Of a stretch of 64,000 nt of DNA, positions 47,850-59,400 are shown one piece after another. The stretch's first letter is position 1. Each line of letters begins with the position of its first letter. The notes under the pieces were generated by a model. It did no database searches. It saw only the letters and a list, made by a program, of their open reading frames with translations, and had not been told where the DNA came from. The DNA comes from an uncultured Acidobacteriota bacterium (lineage in GTDB: Bacteria; Acidobacteriota; Vicinamibacteria; Fen-336), in NCBI GenBank assembly GCA_963729875.1, contig CAVSPR010000006.1, positions 121,368 to 185,367 of the forward strand, written 5' to 3'. The translations under genes were made by a program, and so were the position numbers.

Positions 47850-50258
47850 TCAGCGGGCGGTGGCGCGGGCCCTTGCGTCGAACGCGCGACGCTCGGCCTC
47901 CGGCAGCGTCGCGGTCGCCGCCGCACGGCGGTAGACGTCCGCCGCCGCGTCTCGTCGCCCCTGGGCCTCGAGGAGAGTGCCGAGGAAGGCCCAGGCGTCG
48001 CGGTAGCCCGGGTGCCGCGTCACCAGGCCGCGGAGGACCCGCTCGGCGCCGGCCGGGTCGCCCGCCCTCTCGAGGTAGAACGCCTGGGTGAAGGCGTAAC
48101 GGGGATCCCCCGGGGCGCTCTCCGCGGCCCGCCCCGCGAGCGACGCGGCCTCCTTGGGGCTCGTCTCGGCCGCGAGGACGGCCAGGTTGTAGGCCGCCCC
48201 CGCGTTGCCGGGCTCGAGCTCGAGGGCGCGCCGCAGCTCGGCCTGGGCCTCGGAGTGAGGCCCCTTCTCTGCCAGCAGGAGCCCCAGGTTGAAGTGGGCC
48301 GCGGCGGTGCGCGGCTGCAGGCGAATCGCCTCGCGCAGCGTGGCCTCCGCCTCGGCGAGGCGACCGGCGCGCGCCTCGGCCATCGAGAGGTTGACGAGGC
48401 TCGCCACGTGGTCCGGGCGGAGGGCGAGGGCCTTGCGGTAGCGCTCGGCCGCCGCCGCGGCGTCGCCGCGCTCGAGCTGGAGGTTGCCCATGTTGTACTG
48501 CGAGGCGAAGTCGTCCGGTCGGGCGAGGAGCGACCGCTCGTGCTCGGACCGTGCGGCGAGGAAGGCGGCGCGGGCCGGCTCGGGGACCGTGGCGGGGTCG
48601 GTCGTCGGGAGCGCGGCGGCCGCCCTCACCCGCACGAGCCGCAGGTCGTCCCGGGTCGCGGCCAGGATGAGGTCGCGGGCGCCCGGGTCCGCCGCGAGGG
48701 TCGTCACCGCCGCCGCGCGGACGAGAGGCGAGGCGTCGGCGGCCAGGGCGCGAAGGGCCGGCCACTTCGACGGGTCGGGGCAGTCGGCGAGGAGCCGCAC
48801 GAGCGAGGCCGTCACGACCTCGTCGCGGGCCGGCTCTCCGAGGTAGGCCAGGACCTGCGGCAGGCGCGACCAGTCTCCCCTGCGCGCGGCCGCGACGAGC
48901 CGGCCTTCCCTCAGGATCCGCTCCGACCAACGGCCATGGCCCCAGTCGCGAACCGCCTTCTCGGCCCACGCCGCGCCGCGGTCCACGTGGCAGACGGTGC
49001 ACGCGTTCGGCGAGCCGAGCTCGCGGCTGGCGGCGGGGGAGGGCGGCCGCATCGAGTGGTCGCTGCGGATCATCCGCGCGAACTCGGTCTTGGGCATGTG
49101 GCAGTCGGTGCAGCGCGTGCCGGGGCCGTCCCCGGGGTGGCGCGTGTGGGCGGCGGCGTTCTTCACGCGCTCCTCGTGGCAGGGCAGGCAGGCGTCGTTC
49201 GGCCGGTCCTTCCACTTGTAGCGGCCGCTCGAGGTGTGGCAGTGCACGCAGTCGATCCGCCCCGACTTCGCGCAGGGGCTCATCCGCCACGAGGTGAGCG
49301 TGTAGTTCTCCCCGAGGTCGCGGCCGTCCGGGTAGTAGTCGGGGTTCTCGAGGGTCGTGAGGTCGAAGTGGTCGAAGAAGCGGTCGCCGGGGCGGAAGGA
49401 GGTCCAGAGGGGGCTCGCCTTGGCGTGGCAGGAGGAGCAGAGGTCGCTCCGCTGCTCCGTCGCGAGCCTCTTGACCGAGATGATCTTCCAGTCCGGCGGT
49501 GCCTTCCCGGGCGGCAGTCCCTCGAAGGCCTTCACGTGCGCGCCGGACGGGCCGTGGCAGGTCTCGCAGGAGACGCCGGGCTCCGCCCACACCGTGCGGT
49601 ACGAGTCGGTCGTCGGCTCGTAGTTCGTGGCCAGCTGGCTCACGTGGCAGCTGAAGCAGGAGGTGTTGAACGTGTAGGCCCGGTCCGTCCAGTCGAGCTC
49701 CTCGTCGATGCCGCCCTCGCTCGGGCGGCCCTCGGCCGTCGTCGACGCCGCGAAGTGCCGGACCGCGCTGCCCGCCGTCGAGAACCACTCCTTCCGGTGG
49801 ACGTCGTAGGCGACGGGGAGGACCTGCAGGAGACCGCGCTCGAGCGGGGTGAGAAAGTAGCAGACGTTCTTCCCGCCCAGCACCTGGACGATCGGGTAGA
49901 TCTTCTTCCCCTCCGGCCCCGTCTCCTCGACGTGGTCGGCGCCCGTCCCGATCACGGCCCGGTAGCTCCGCCCGCGGATCTCGATCGGCTTCTCCTGCGG
50001 CGTCAGCCGGTCGCGGGCGAAGTCCCCCGTGTGCGCCTGCATGGCGAGGCCGTGGAAGGACGTCGACCACTTCTGGAAGAAGACGGCGTGGCACGAGCGG
50101 CAGCTCGCGGAGCCGGCGAGCGGCGCCGGCGGCTCCGGCGGTGCCGAGGGAGGGGGTGGGGGGGCGAAGACGCGACCCGGGAGGAAGACGAGGGCGGCCA
50201 GGACGAGGGCCGTGGCCGAGCCGAGCGCGGCCATCACGTGACGGCGGTTCATGGGCAT
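47850..50258 (-). CDS. multiheme c-type cytochrome (8 CxxCH) with HEAT and TPR repeats
   Basis: CRSCH, CFSCH, CETCH, CSSCH, CVHCH, CLPCH, CTDCH, CTVCH; HEAT (DASPLVRAAA, DDLRLVRVRAA); TPRs; N-terminal TM. Confidence 0.9.
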   Translation of the reverse strand: MPMNRRHVMAALGSATALVLAALVFLPGRVFAPPPPPSAPPEPPAPLAGSASCRSCHAVFFQKWSTSFHGLAMQAHTGDFARDRLTPQEKPIEIRGRSYRAVIGTGADHVEETGPEGKKIYPIVQVLGGKNVCYFLTPLERGLLQVLPVAYDVHRKEWFSTAGSAVRHFAASTTAEGRPSEGGIDEELDWTDRAYTFNTSCFSCHVSQLATNYEPTTDSYRTVWAEPGVSCETCHGPSGAHVKAFEGLPPGKAPPDWKIISVKRLATEQRSDLCSSCHAKASPLWTSFRPGDRFFDHFDLTTLENPDYYPDGRDLGENYTLTSWRMSPCAKSGRIDCVHCHTSSGRYKWKDRPNDACLPCHEERVKNAAAHTRHPGDGPGTRCTDCHMPKTEFARMIRSDHSMRPPSPAASRELGSPNACTVCHVDRGAAWAEKAVRDWGHGRWSERILREGRLVAAARRGDWSRLPQVLAYLGEPARDEVVTASLVRLLADCPDPSKWPALRALAADASPLVRAAAVTTLAADPGARDLILAATRDDLRLVRVRAAAALPTTDPATVPEPARAAFLAARSEHERSLLARPDDFASQYNMGNLQLERGDAAAAAERYRKALALRPDHVASLVNLSMAEARAGRLAEAEATLREAIRLQPRTAAAHFNLGLLLAEKGPHSEAQAELRRALELEPGNAGAAYNLAVLAAETSPKEAASLAGRAAESAPGDPRYAFTQAFYLERAGDPAGAERVLRGLVTRHPGYRDAWAFLGTLLEAQGRRDAAADVYRRAAATATLPEAERRAFDARARATAR

Positions 50259-50344
50259 GGCGCAGACCGGTCTTGCTGCCGTCGCAGGCTACCAACTCCG
50301 GCCAGCGGGCGCCAGAGCCGATCGGATCATGCGTAGAATCGCTC

Positions 50345-51541
50345 ATGGCCCCCGGAGCAAAGCCACGGCCGGCACTTCCGCCCGAGCGACTCTCGGCCGC
50401 CCGCACGCTCACGCGGCGGGCCGTGCCCGGCAGCCTCCGGACGGGAGAGCTCCTGGCGCCGGGCCAGGTCGTGGCCAGCCCCCAGTCGCGGCTCGAGTAC
50501 CGCGCGATGCGGCTGATCGGCGCCGGCGGGTTCGGGCAGGTCTACCTCGCGCGCCGGCTCGGGCGCTCGTCCGGGGTGCCGGCGACGCTCTGCATCAAGG
50601 TCAGCGAGAACAGCGACGCCTGGGTCCGCGAGGCGTACTTCGGGCAGCTGCTCGACGGCCACCCGCGAGCGATCCGGGTCTTCGACGCCTTCCCGGTCGT
50701 GCGCCCCGACGGCCGCTTCCTCTACTGCCTCGCCCTCGAGTACGCCCGTCACGGCGACCTGCGGTCGTTCCTGCACCGAAGCGAGGGCGAGGGCTGGCCC
50801 GAGCGCACCGCCCGGCGCGAGATCGCGGGCATTCTCCAGGTCCTCGGCAAGCTCCACCGCGGGCACATCCTCCACCGGGACCTCACGCCGATGAACGTCT
50901 TCGTCTGCCAGGGGCGGACGCTGAAGCTCGGCGACTTCGGCCTCGTGCGGCAGCAGAGCGACCGGCGCGGGGCGACCGTCGACGCGCTCAACCCCATGAT
51001 GGCCCCGAGCGACATCGCCCTGGGCGCCGTACCGAAGTGGCAGGCCCGGGACGACGTGTACCAGGTGGGCCAGCTGCTCGGGATGCTCGTGCGGGGGGAC
51101 GCGCGGGCGCGCATCCGCACGGGCGAGATCCGCGGGCTCCCCTGCAGCGACCAGCTGAAGGAGGTCGTGTACCGCTGCATCGGCGAGCGGCGCAAGCGCT
51201 ACGAGACGGCCGACGAGCTGATCGCCGCCCTCCGCAGCCCGGCCCCCGCCCTGAAGGTGGGGCGGCTGGCCGCGCTGCGGGGGGTCCACCTCGCCTTCAC
51301 GGGGATCCTCGGCCGGCCCCGGAGCGAGGCCCAGGCGGCGGCCCGACGGGCCGGGGCGGTGGTGCACGGCGGTCCCTCGGCCCGCACCACCGTCGTGGTC
51401 CGCGGACTGCCCAACCCCCGGCAGGCGGCCGGTCGCGACGCCGGGCTCAAGCTGATGGAGATCAAGCGTCTGGCCGCGAAGGGGCACAAGATCACGCTCC
51501 TCAACGAGCGTCAGTTCTGGCGCCTCGCGGCTCGCCGCTGA
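50345..51541 (+). CDS. soluble Ser/Thr kinase with C-terminal BRCT domain
   Basis: IGAGGFGQVY, CIK, HRDLTPMN, DFG; C-terminal LRGVHLAFTGIL...RSEAQAAARRAGA...TTVVVRG...LLNERQF; TAGAAT ends 5 nt before the ATG. Confidence 0.85.
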   Translation: MAPGAKPRPALPPERLSAARTLTRRAVPGSLRTGELLAPGQVVASPQSRLEYRAMRLIGAGGFGQVYLARRLGRSSGVPATLCIKVSENSDAWVREAYFGQLLDGHPRAIRVFDAFPVVRPDGRFLYCLALEYARHGDLRSFLHRSEGEGWPERTARREIAGILQVLGKLHRGHILHRDLTPMNVFVCQGRTLKLGDFGLVRQQSDRRGATVDALNPMMAPSDIALGAVPKWQARDDVYQVGQLLGMLVRGDARARIRTGEIRGLPCSDQLKEVVYRCIGERRKRYETADELIAALRSPAPALKVGRLAALRGVHLAFTGILGRPRSEAQAAARRAGAVVHGGPSARTTVVVRGLPNPRQAAGRDAGLKLMEIKRLAAKGHKITLLNERQFWRLAARR

Positions 51542-51797
51542 GGCCGGCGGACCCGCAGGATCCCGTCAGACAGGCGACAGCTATCTCTCTGTCAGTAAAC
51601 CGGTTAGGTGCCAAGACATCCTGCGGCGGCGATGCGACAAATGAACTACCCGTCCTGAGATACCGGCAGGATTCAGTCCGGGGTGTCGTTTCGATAGGAT
51701 TGGGACGCTCCGTTGCGTTCGGGACCTTTCGTTGGACGCGGTTGTCCCTCCGCCCTCACAGAAGACCGCGGCGCGTCCGACATCTCCAGGGGGAAAC

Positions 51798-53435
51798 ATG
51801 GCGCGACTCGACGCCGAGATGCTCGACCAGATCCTGACGACGCTCCGGGAGTACGCGGAGAAGAACCTCCCGCCGGCGAAGCTGCTCGAGATCGAGCTCG
51901 GCCACGAGTTCCCCGAGAGGGTCATGAAAGACCTGTACGACCCGGGGCAGATCGGCCTCCACCTCCTGACCATCCCCGAGGAGTTCGGGGGCCTCGGCGG
52001 GGGGGCCTACGACATCTACCGGGTTTCCGAGGCGATGGCCTCGATCGACCTCGGGATCGCCACCGGCGTCCTCGCGACCTTCCTCGGCACGGACCCCATC
52101 AACGTCGGGGCCACGCCCGAGCAGAAGGCCGAGTGGCTGGGGGCCCTCGCCGAGCACGGCCACTTCTACGCGTACGGGGCGACCGAGCCGCAGGCCGGGA
52201 GCGACCTCGGCGCGCTGTCGACCACGGCGGTGCCGGTCGAGGAGGGCGGGAAGGTCGTCGGCTACCGGATCAGCGGCCGCAAGCAGTGGATCAGCAACGG
52301 CGGGGTGGCCGACCGCTACACGATCCTGGCGAACGCCCCCGGTGGGACCACCTGGTTCCTCGTGGACAAGGGGACCGAGGGCTTCACCGCCGGCAAGCCC
52401 GAGGACAAGCACGGCATCCGCGCCTCGAACACGGCCGCGCTCTTCCTCGAGAACGTCTACGTCCCGGCCGATCGGCTCATCGGCCTCGTCGAGGGCAAGG
52501 GCCTCGCCCAGGCGCAGGCGGTCTTCGGCTACACGCGCCTGATGGTCGCCGCCTTCGGCCTGGGCGCGGGTTGGGAGGCGCTGCGGCGGGCCATTCGCTA
52601 CGCGCAGGAGCGCGTGCAGGGCGGCGGGCCCCTCAGCCAGAAGCAGGGCTACACCCACAAGTTGCTGGTGCCGAACGCGGTGCGGCTCGAGGCCTCGCGC
52701 CACTACATCGAGTGGGTGGCGGAGAGGCTCGACGCGGGCGAGGACGACCTCGCCACCGAGGGCGCGGTGGCCAAGTACCTCGCCACCGAGGCGGGGAACA
52801 AGGCGGCCGAGGACGCGATCCAGGCCCTCGGCGGCTACGGCTACACCCGCGAGTACATGGTCGAGAAGATCAAGCGCGACGTGCGCATCACCACGATCTA
52901 CGAGGGCACCTCCGAGATCATGGAGTGGACGATCGCGCGGGACCGCTGGCAGCAGCACCTCAAGAGCCGGGGGCAGTACTACGTCGACTGGGCCGCGCGC
53001 GCGGACGAGAGGCACGCAAAGTCGCCGAACGTCGGGGCCGGCCACGCGGCCATGGCCCTGCGGTCGCTCGCGGCGCTCCTCGAGCGCGCGCGCCTCGACC
53101 GGCTCACCCGCAACCAGCACGTCCTCTTCCGGCTCGGGGAGCTGATCGCGTACGCGGAGACGGCCGCGCTCTTCGCCGAGCGGGCCGCCACCGCGCCGAC
53201 GAAGGCGAGCGGCCTCGAGCCGGCGACGCTCGAGGCCATGGCCCGCGTCCACGCGCGCGAGGCCTGCCTCAAGGTCGCGAGCGAGGGCCTGCGCTGGGCC
53301 ATCGGGGCCGGCCAGACCGACGCGAACCTGAAGCAGCAGCTCAACCTCGACGCCGCCGTGGCCGCCCAGGCCGGCCTCGTCGAGGACATGGACAAGATCG
53401 CGGCCGACCTCGTCCGGGCGTTCCCCGCCAAGTGA
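51798..53435 (+). CDS. acyl-CoA dehydrogenase family protein with extended C-terminal domain
   Basis: [43 protein letters not shown]. Confidence 0.93.
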   Translation: MARLDAEMLDQILTTLREYAEKNLPPAKLLEIELGHEFPERVMKDLYDPGQIGLHLLTIPEEFGGLGGGAYDIYRVSEAMASIDLGIATGVLATFLGTDPINVGATPEQKAEWLGALAEHGHFYAYGATEPQAGSDLGALSTTAVPVEEGGKVVGYRISGRKQWISNGGVADRYTILANAPGGTTWFLVDKGTEGFTAGKPEDKHGIRASNTAALFLENVYVPADRLIGLVEGKGLAQAQAVFGYTRLMVAAFGLGAGWEALRRAIRYAQERVQGGGPLSQKQGYTHKLLVPNAVRLEASRHYIEWVAERLDAGEDDLATEGAVAKYLATEAGNKAAEDAIQALGGYGYTREYMVEKIKRDVRITTIYEGTSEIMEWTIARDRWQQHLKSRGQYYVDWAARADERHAKSPNVGAGHAAMALRSLAALLERARLDRLTRNQHVLFRLGELIAYAETAALFAERAATAPTKASGLEPATLEAMARVHAREACLKVASEGLRWAIGAGQTDANLKQQLNLDAAVAAQAGLVEDMDKIAADLVRAFPAK

Positions 53436-53448
53436 AGGAGCAGCGTCG

Positions 53449-56400
53449 ATGAGCGACCGGAGCGAGAGAGCGGTAGCGATCGTCGGCCTCGGGGCCATCC
53501 TCCCCGACGCCCCCAGCGCCCGGGCCTTCCGCGACAACGTGTGGGCGAAGAAGTACTCGATCGTCGAGGTCCCGCCCGACCGCTGGAGCGTCGCCGACTA
53601 CTACGACCCCGACCCGACGGCGCCGGCCAAGACCTACAGCAAGATCGGCTCCTGGGTGCGCGGCTTCCAGTTCGACTGGAAGCGGTGGCGCGTCCCGCCG
53701 CGCGTGGCGGGGGCGATGGACGAGGGGCAGCAGTGGGCGATCACGATCGCCGCCGAGGCCCTCGCCGACTACGGCTGGCCCGGCAAGCCCCTCGACACCG
53801 AGCGGACCGCCGTCGTCCTCGGCAACGCGATGGCGGGGGAGCGGCACTACCTCACCACGCTCCGCATCTCGTTCCCCGAGTACCGCCGGCTGCTGAGCGA
53901 GACGAAGGAGTTCCTGGACCTGCCGGCCCCGGTGCGCGAGGCGATCCTCTCGCGCTGGTACGAGGTGGTCCGCAAGGGGATGCCCGAGATCACCGAGGAC
54001 ACGATGCCGGGGGAGCTGTCGAACATCCTCTCCGGCCGCGTCGCCAACGTGCTCAACCTGCGCGGGCCCAACTTCACGACCGACGCGGCCTGCGCTTCGA
54101 CGTTCGCCGCCCTCGACGCGGCCGTGGACATGCTGGTGGCGGGCCACTGCGACGCGGTCGTGACCGGCGGCGTCGACCGCAACATGGGCACGAACTCGTT
54201 CGTGAAGTTCTCGAAGATCGGCGCGCTCTCGGCCACCGGGACGCGGCCCTTCGGCGACGGCGCCGACGGCTTCGTGATGGGCGAGGGCTCGGCCGCGTTC
54301 CTGCTCAAGCGCCTCGCGGACGCCGAGCGCGACGGCGACCGGGTGTACGCGGTCGTGCGCGGCCTCGGCGGCTCCTCGGACGGCAAGGGCAAGGGCATCA
54401 CCGCCCCCAACCCGATCGGCCAGCAGCTTGCGATCGCGCGGGCGTGGGAGAACGCCGGGCTCGACCCGACGACCGCCGGCCTCGTCGAGGCCCACGGCAC
54501 GAGCACGAAGGTCGGGGACCTCGTCGAGGTCGAGAGCCTCGCCACCGTCTTCAAGGGCGCGGCGAAGGGACAGATCGCCCTCGGCTCCGCGAAGAGCAAC
54601 GTCGGCCACCTGAAGGCCGGCGCCGGCGCGGCGGGCCTGCTGAAGGCGGTCTGGGCGGTGCACGAGAAGGTGCTGCCGCCGACCCTCCACGCCCACCCGC
54701 CCAACCCCGGCATCGACTTCGCTTCGACGCCGTTCGTGCTCAACCACGACCTGCGCGAGTGGAAGCCGGCGAACGGCGCCCCGCGGCGCTGCGGCGTCTC
54801 CGCCTACGGCTTCGGGGGGACGAACTTCCACGTCGTCCTCGAGGAGCACGTGCCGGGCGCGCTCACGAAGGGCGCGCGGCCGGCCCAGGTGGCGGTGCCG
54901 TCGTCGATGCCGGCGGGAGGGTCGGTTGCTGCCCCGCGGCCGCCGCTGCGGGGCCTGCTCGTGGTCGGGGCGCAGTCCGTGGACGGCCTGCGCAAGAAGG
55001 TGGACGGCCTGCTCGCGCGCGCGAAGGATGGCCACGTGCCTCCGGTCGCCGTGCCCGACCCCGCCGACCTGATCGCGCGGGAGCGCATCGCGATCGACTA
55101 CGAGGACGGCAAGGAGCTCGTCGAGCGGCTGCAGAAGGCGCAGAAGGCCCTCGCCACCGACGCCCCCTCGACGTGGAGGGCCTTCCAGGCCCAGGGCGTC
55201 TTCCGCGGGAGCGGGCCCGCGCCCGGCAAGATCGCGTTCCTCTTCACCGGCCAGGGCAGCCAGTACGTGAACATGGGACGGGACCTCGCGCACGCCGACG
55301 AGCTGGTGGCGGGCGTCTTCGAGGAGGCCGACCGCGTCCTCGAGCCGCTCCTCGGCCGGAAGCTGACGAGCTACATCTTCGTGGATCGCCAGGACCCGGG
55401 GGCCGTCAAGCAGGCCGAGGAGGACCTGAAGCAGACGGCGATCACGCAGCCGGCCGTGCTCAGCATGGACACCGCGATGTGCCGGCTCCTCGGCGAGTAC
55501 GGTCTCGAGCCGGACATGGTGATGGGCCACTCGCTGGGCGAGTACGGCGCCCTCGTCGCGGCCGGCGTCCTCACGTTCGCCGAGGCGCTCGAGGCGGCCG
55601 CCGCCCGCGGCCGCGAGATGACCAAGGTCAGCTTCGGCGACAACGGGGCGATGGCGGCGGTCATGGCGCCGGCCGCCTTCGTCGTCGAGGAGCTGAAGAG
55701 CATCGAGGGCTACGTCGTCCCCGCGAACCTCAACGCCCGCGGCCAGGTGGTGATCGGCGGCGAGACGGCGGCGGTGGAGCGTGCCGTGGACGCCTTCAAC
55801 AAGAAGGGCTACCAGGCCCAGCGCCTCCCGGTGAGCCACGCCTTCCACACGAAGATCGTGGCCTCCGCGGCCGAGCCGCTGCGCAAGGTCCTCGACCGCT
55901 TCGACGTGCGCGCTCCCCGGCTGCCCCTCGTCGGCAACGTCACCGCCGACTTCTACCCTTCCGACCCCGAGGCGATCAAGGACATCCTCTGCCTCCAGAT
56001 CGCCTCCCCCGTGCGCTGGGTGGAGAGCGTCGAGCGTCTCTACGCAGCGGGCGCGCGAGCGTTCGTCGAGGTGGGGCCGAAGCGGGCGCTGAAGGGCTTC
56101 GTCGACGACGTCCTCGCCGACAAGACCGACGTCATGTCGCTCTTCACCAACCGGCCGCGGCCCAAGGAGGTCGCGAGCTTCAACCAGGCGCTGGCCGGGC
56201 TCTACGCCGCCGGCTACGGAACGCGGGAGGCCGCGGCCGTCCAGGTGGCGACCGTCCCGGTGGCGCGGCGCGAGTCTGCGCCCGCGCCGGTGGCGCCGGC
56301 GGCGGCGCCCGACACGCTGGGAGAGCTGCGGGCGCTCCTCCAGAAGGCGATCGACTCCCTGCCGACCGGACCCGTGGCGCGTGCCGAGGGGCCGTTCGAC

Positions 56401-59400
56401 CGCAACGACGTGCCGAAGGGCTCGGTCGTGATCAGCGGCACCGGCCTCGGGCTGCCGGGGGCGAACAAGCCCGTCATGGACCCGAAGAACGCCGCCCGGA
56501 TCCTGGCCGGCGAGCAGTTCGTCGGCCCCGTCCCGCAGCGCCACCGCGAGGGGATGGCCAGCCGCCGGGTCACGCAGCTCGTCAAGACCGCGGACGGCAG
56601 CGGGCACTTCCAGACGATCGACGACCCGAAGGACGTCATCAAGCTCGCCGCCCTTCCGGGCACGTTCGACCTGACCGCCGAGTACGGGGTCCCCGACAAG
56701 CTGGTCGAGGCGCTCGACTCGACGACCCAGCTCGCCATGGCGGCGGGGCTCGACGCCCTGCGCGAGGCGGGGATCCCGCTCGTGCAGACGTGGAAGAAGA
56801 CCACCACCGGCAAGTACCTGCCCGAGCGTTGGGTGCTGCCGGAGGCGATGCGCGACGAGACGGGCGTCATCTTCGCGAGCGCCTTCCCCGGGTACAACCG
56901 CTTCGCCGACGAGGCGCACCGCTACTACACGTTCGAAAGCCGGCGGGCGCAGAAGCGGCAGCTCGAGGAGCTGCTGGAAACGGCACGCGACGCGGGCACC
57001 CGGTCCGAGATCTCGCGCCGGGTCGCCGAGCTCGACGCGCGGCTCGAGAAGGAGCCCTACGCGTTCGACCGGCGCTTCCTGCTCCGCATCCTCACGATGG
57101 GCCACAGCCAGTTCGCCGAGTACGTCGGCGCCCGCGGGCCCAACACCCACGTCAACGTGGCCTGCGCCTCGACGGCGTCCGGCATCGCCCTGGCCGAAGA
57201 CTGGATCCGTTCGGGTCGCTGCCGGCGCGTGGTCGTCGTGGCCGCCGACAACGTGACGAGCGACGCCATGATCGAGTGGATCGGGGCCGGGTTCATCGCG
57301 AGCGGGGCGGGAGCGACGGACGAGCGGGTCGAGGACGCCGCCCTGCCGTTCGACCGCCGCCGCCACGGGACGCTCATCGGCATGGGCGCCTGCGCGCTCG
57401 TGGTCGAGAGCCAGGACGCGGTCGAGGAGCGCGGGATGCGGGGGATCGTGGAGCTCCTCGCCACGGAGAGCCGCAACAGCGCTTTCCACGCGACCCGTCT
57501 CGACGTGGCGCACGTGGCGGGCGTGGTGGAGAGCCTCGTCGCCTCGGCGGAGCGCCGCTTCGGCGTGAACCGGGCGGCGATGGCGCCGCGCACCGTGTTC
57601 GTGTCGCACGAGACGTACACGCCGGCGCGCGGCGGCAGCGCCGCCGCCGAGATCGCGGCCCTGCGGCAGGTCTTCGGGCCCAGCGCGGACCGGGTGATCG
57701 TGGCGAACACCAAGGGCTTCACCGGCCACCCCATGGGCGTCGGGATCGAGGACGTCATCGGCGTCAAGATCCTCGAGCACCAGATCGTGCCCCCGGTGCC
57801 GAACCTCAAGGAGCCCGACCCCGACCTCGGGAACCTGACCCTGTCGAAGGGCGGCCGGTACGATGTCGAGTACGCCATCCACCTCGCGGCCGGCTTCGGC
57901 TCGCAGATCGCGCTCACCCTGACGCGTCGGATCCCCGGGCCCGTCGACCGGGTGGACGACCGGGCACGCCACGAGTGGTGGCTGGCCGAGGCGAGCGGGC
58001 AGGACGGCGCACGGACGGAGGTCGTGAAGCGCGTGCTCCGCGTCGCGGCCGACGGCCCGCCGGCCCGACCGCCGGCGGCGAGCGCGTGGCGCTTCGGCCT
58101 CGGGCCCGTGAGGCGCGTGTCACCCGAGGGCGCGAGAGCGCCCGAGGGATCTCTCTCTCGTCCTCCCCTCCCACCCACGCAAGCGGAGAGCCGGCCTGGA
58201 AGGCCTTCCCGGAAGGCCCTCCGAACCGACGCCGAAGGATTTGCCCAAAACCACGACGCATTCCGCGCCGCCCGTCCGGATTGAAGCGCCGCGGAATGAC
58301 GTCGTGGAGAGGGTCCTCGCCATCGTGGCCGAGAAGACCGGTTACCCGCCCGACATGCTCGATCTGGAACTGGACCTCGAGGCGGACCTCGGCGTGGACA
58401 CGGTGAAGCAGGCGGAGACGTTCGCCGCGGTGCGCGAGGCCTACGGCATCGCCCGCCAGGAGAGCTTGAAGCTCCGCGACTTCCCGACCCTCAAGCACGT
58501 GGTGCAGTTTGTCTACGACTTCAGGCCGGATTTGCGCCCCTCCGAGGGCGCCTCTCCGGCGCGGCCCTCGGAGGCCGCCGGCACGGTCTCGTCCCCGCCC
58601 CTGTCTCCCTCGAAAGCCCCGGGGAAGGCCGGCTCAGATGAAGTCGTCCAGAAGGTGCTCGCCATCGTCGCCGAGAAGACCGGCTACCCGCCCGACATGC
58701 TCGAGATGGACCTCGACCTCGAGGCCGACCTGGGTGTCGACACGGTGAAGCAGGCGGAGACGTTCGCGGCGGTTCGCGAGGCCTATGGCATCGCGCGCCA
58801 GGAGAACCTGAAGCTCCGCGACTTCCCGACGCTCGCAGCACGTCGTGCAGTTCGTGTACGACTTCCGACCTGACTTGCGCCGTCCGGCGCTTCCCGCGCG
58901 CGGCCCTCCCAGACGCCGCCGACGGACTTGCCCCGAACCACGCCGCATTCCGCCGCGCCCGCTCCGGGTCGGAGCGGCTCGGAATGACGTCGTGGAGCAG
59001 GTCCTGTCCATCGTCGCCGAGAAGACCGGCTACCCCGAGGACATGCTCGAGATGGACCTCGACCTCGAGGCCGACCTCGGTGTGGACACGGTGAAGCAGG
59101 CGGAGACGTTCGCCGCGGTGCGCGAGGCCTACGGCATCGCGCGCCAGGAGAACCTGAAGCTTCGCGACTTCCCGACCCTCAAGCACGTCGTGCAGTTCGT
59201 GTACGACTTCAGGCCGGACTTGAAGCCGGGCTCTCCCGAGGGGCCTTCCCAGACGACGCCGACGGACTTGCCTAGAACCACGACGCATTCGTCGGCGCCC
59301 GGTCGAGCCGAAGCGCCTCGGAATGACGTCGTGGAGCGGGTGCTCGGGATCGTGGCCGAGAAGACCGGCTATCCCGTGGACATGCTCGAGATGGACCTCG

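Noticed and set aside
47850-50258. NrfA nitrite reductase
   Set aside because: No CxxCK motif; different heme count and architecture
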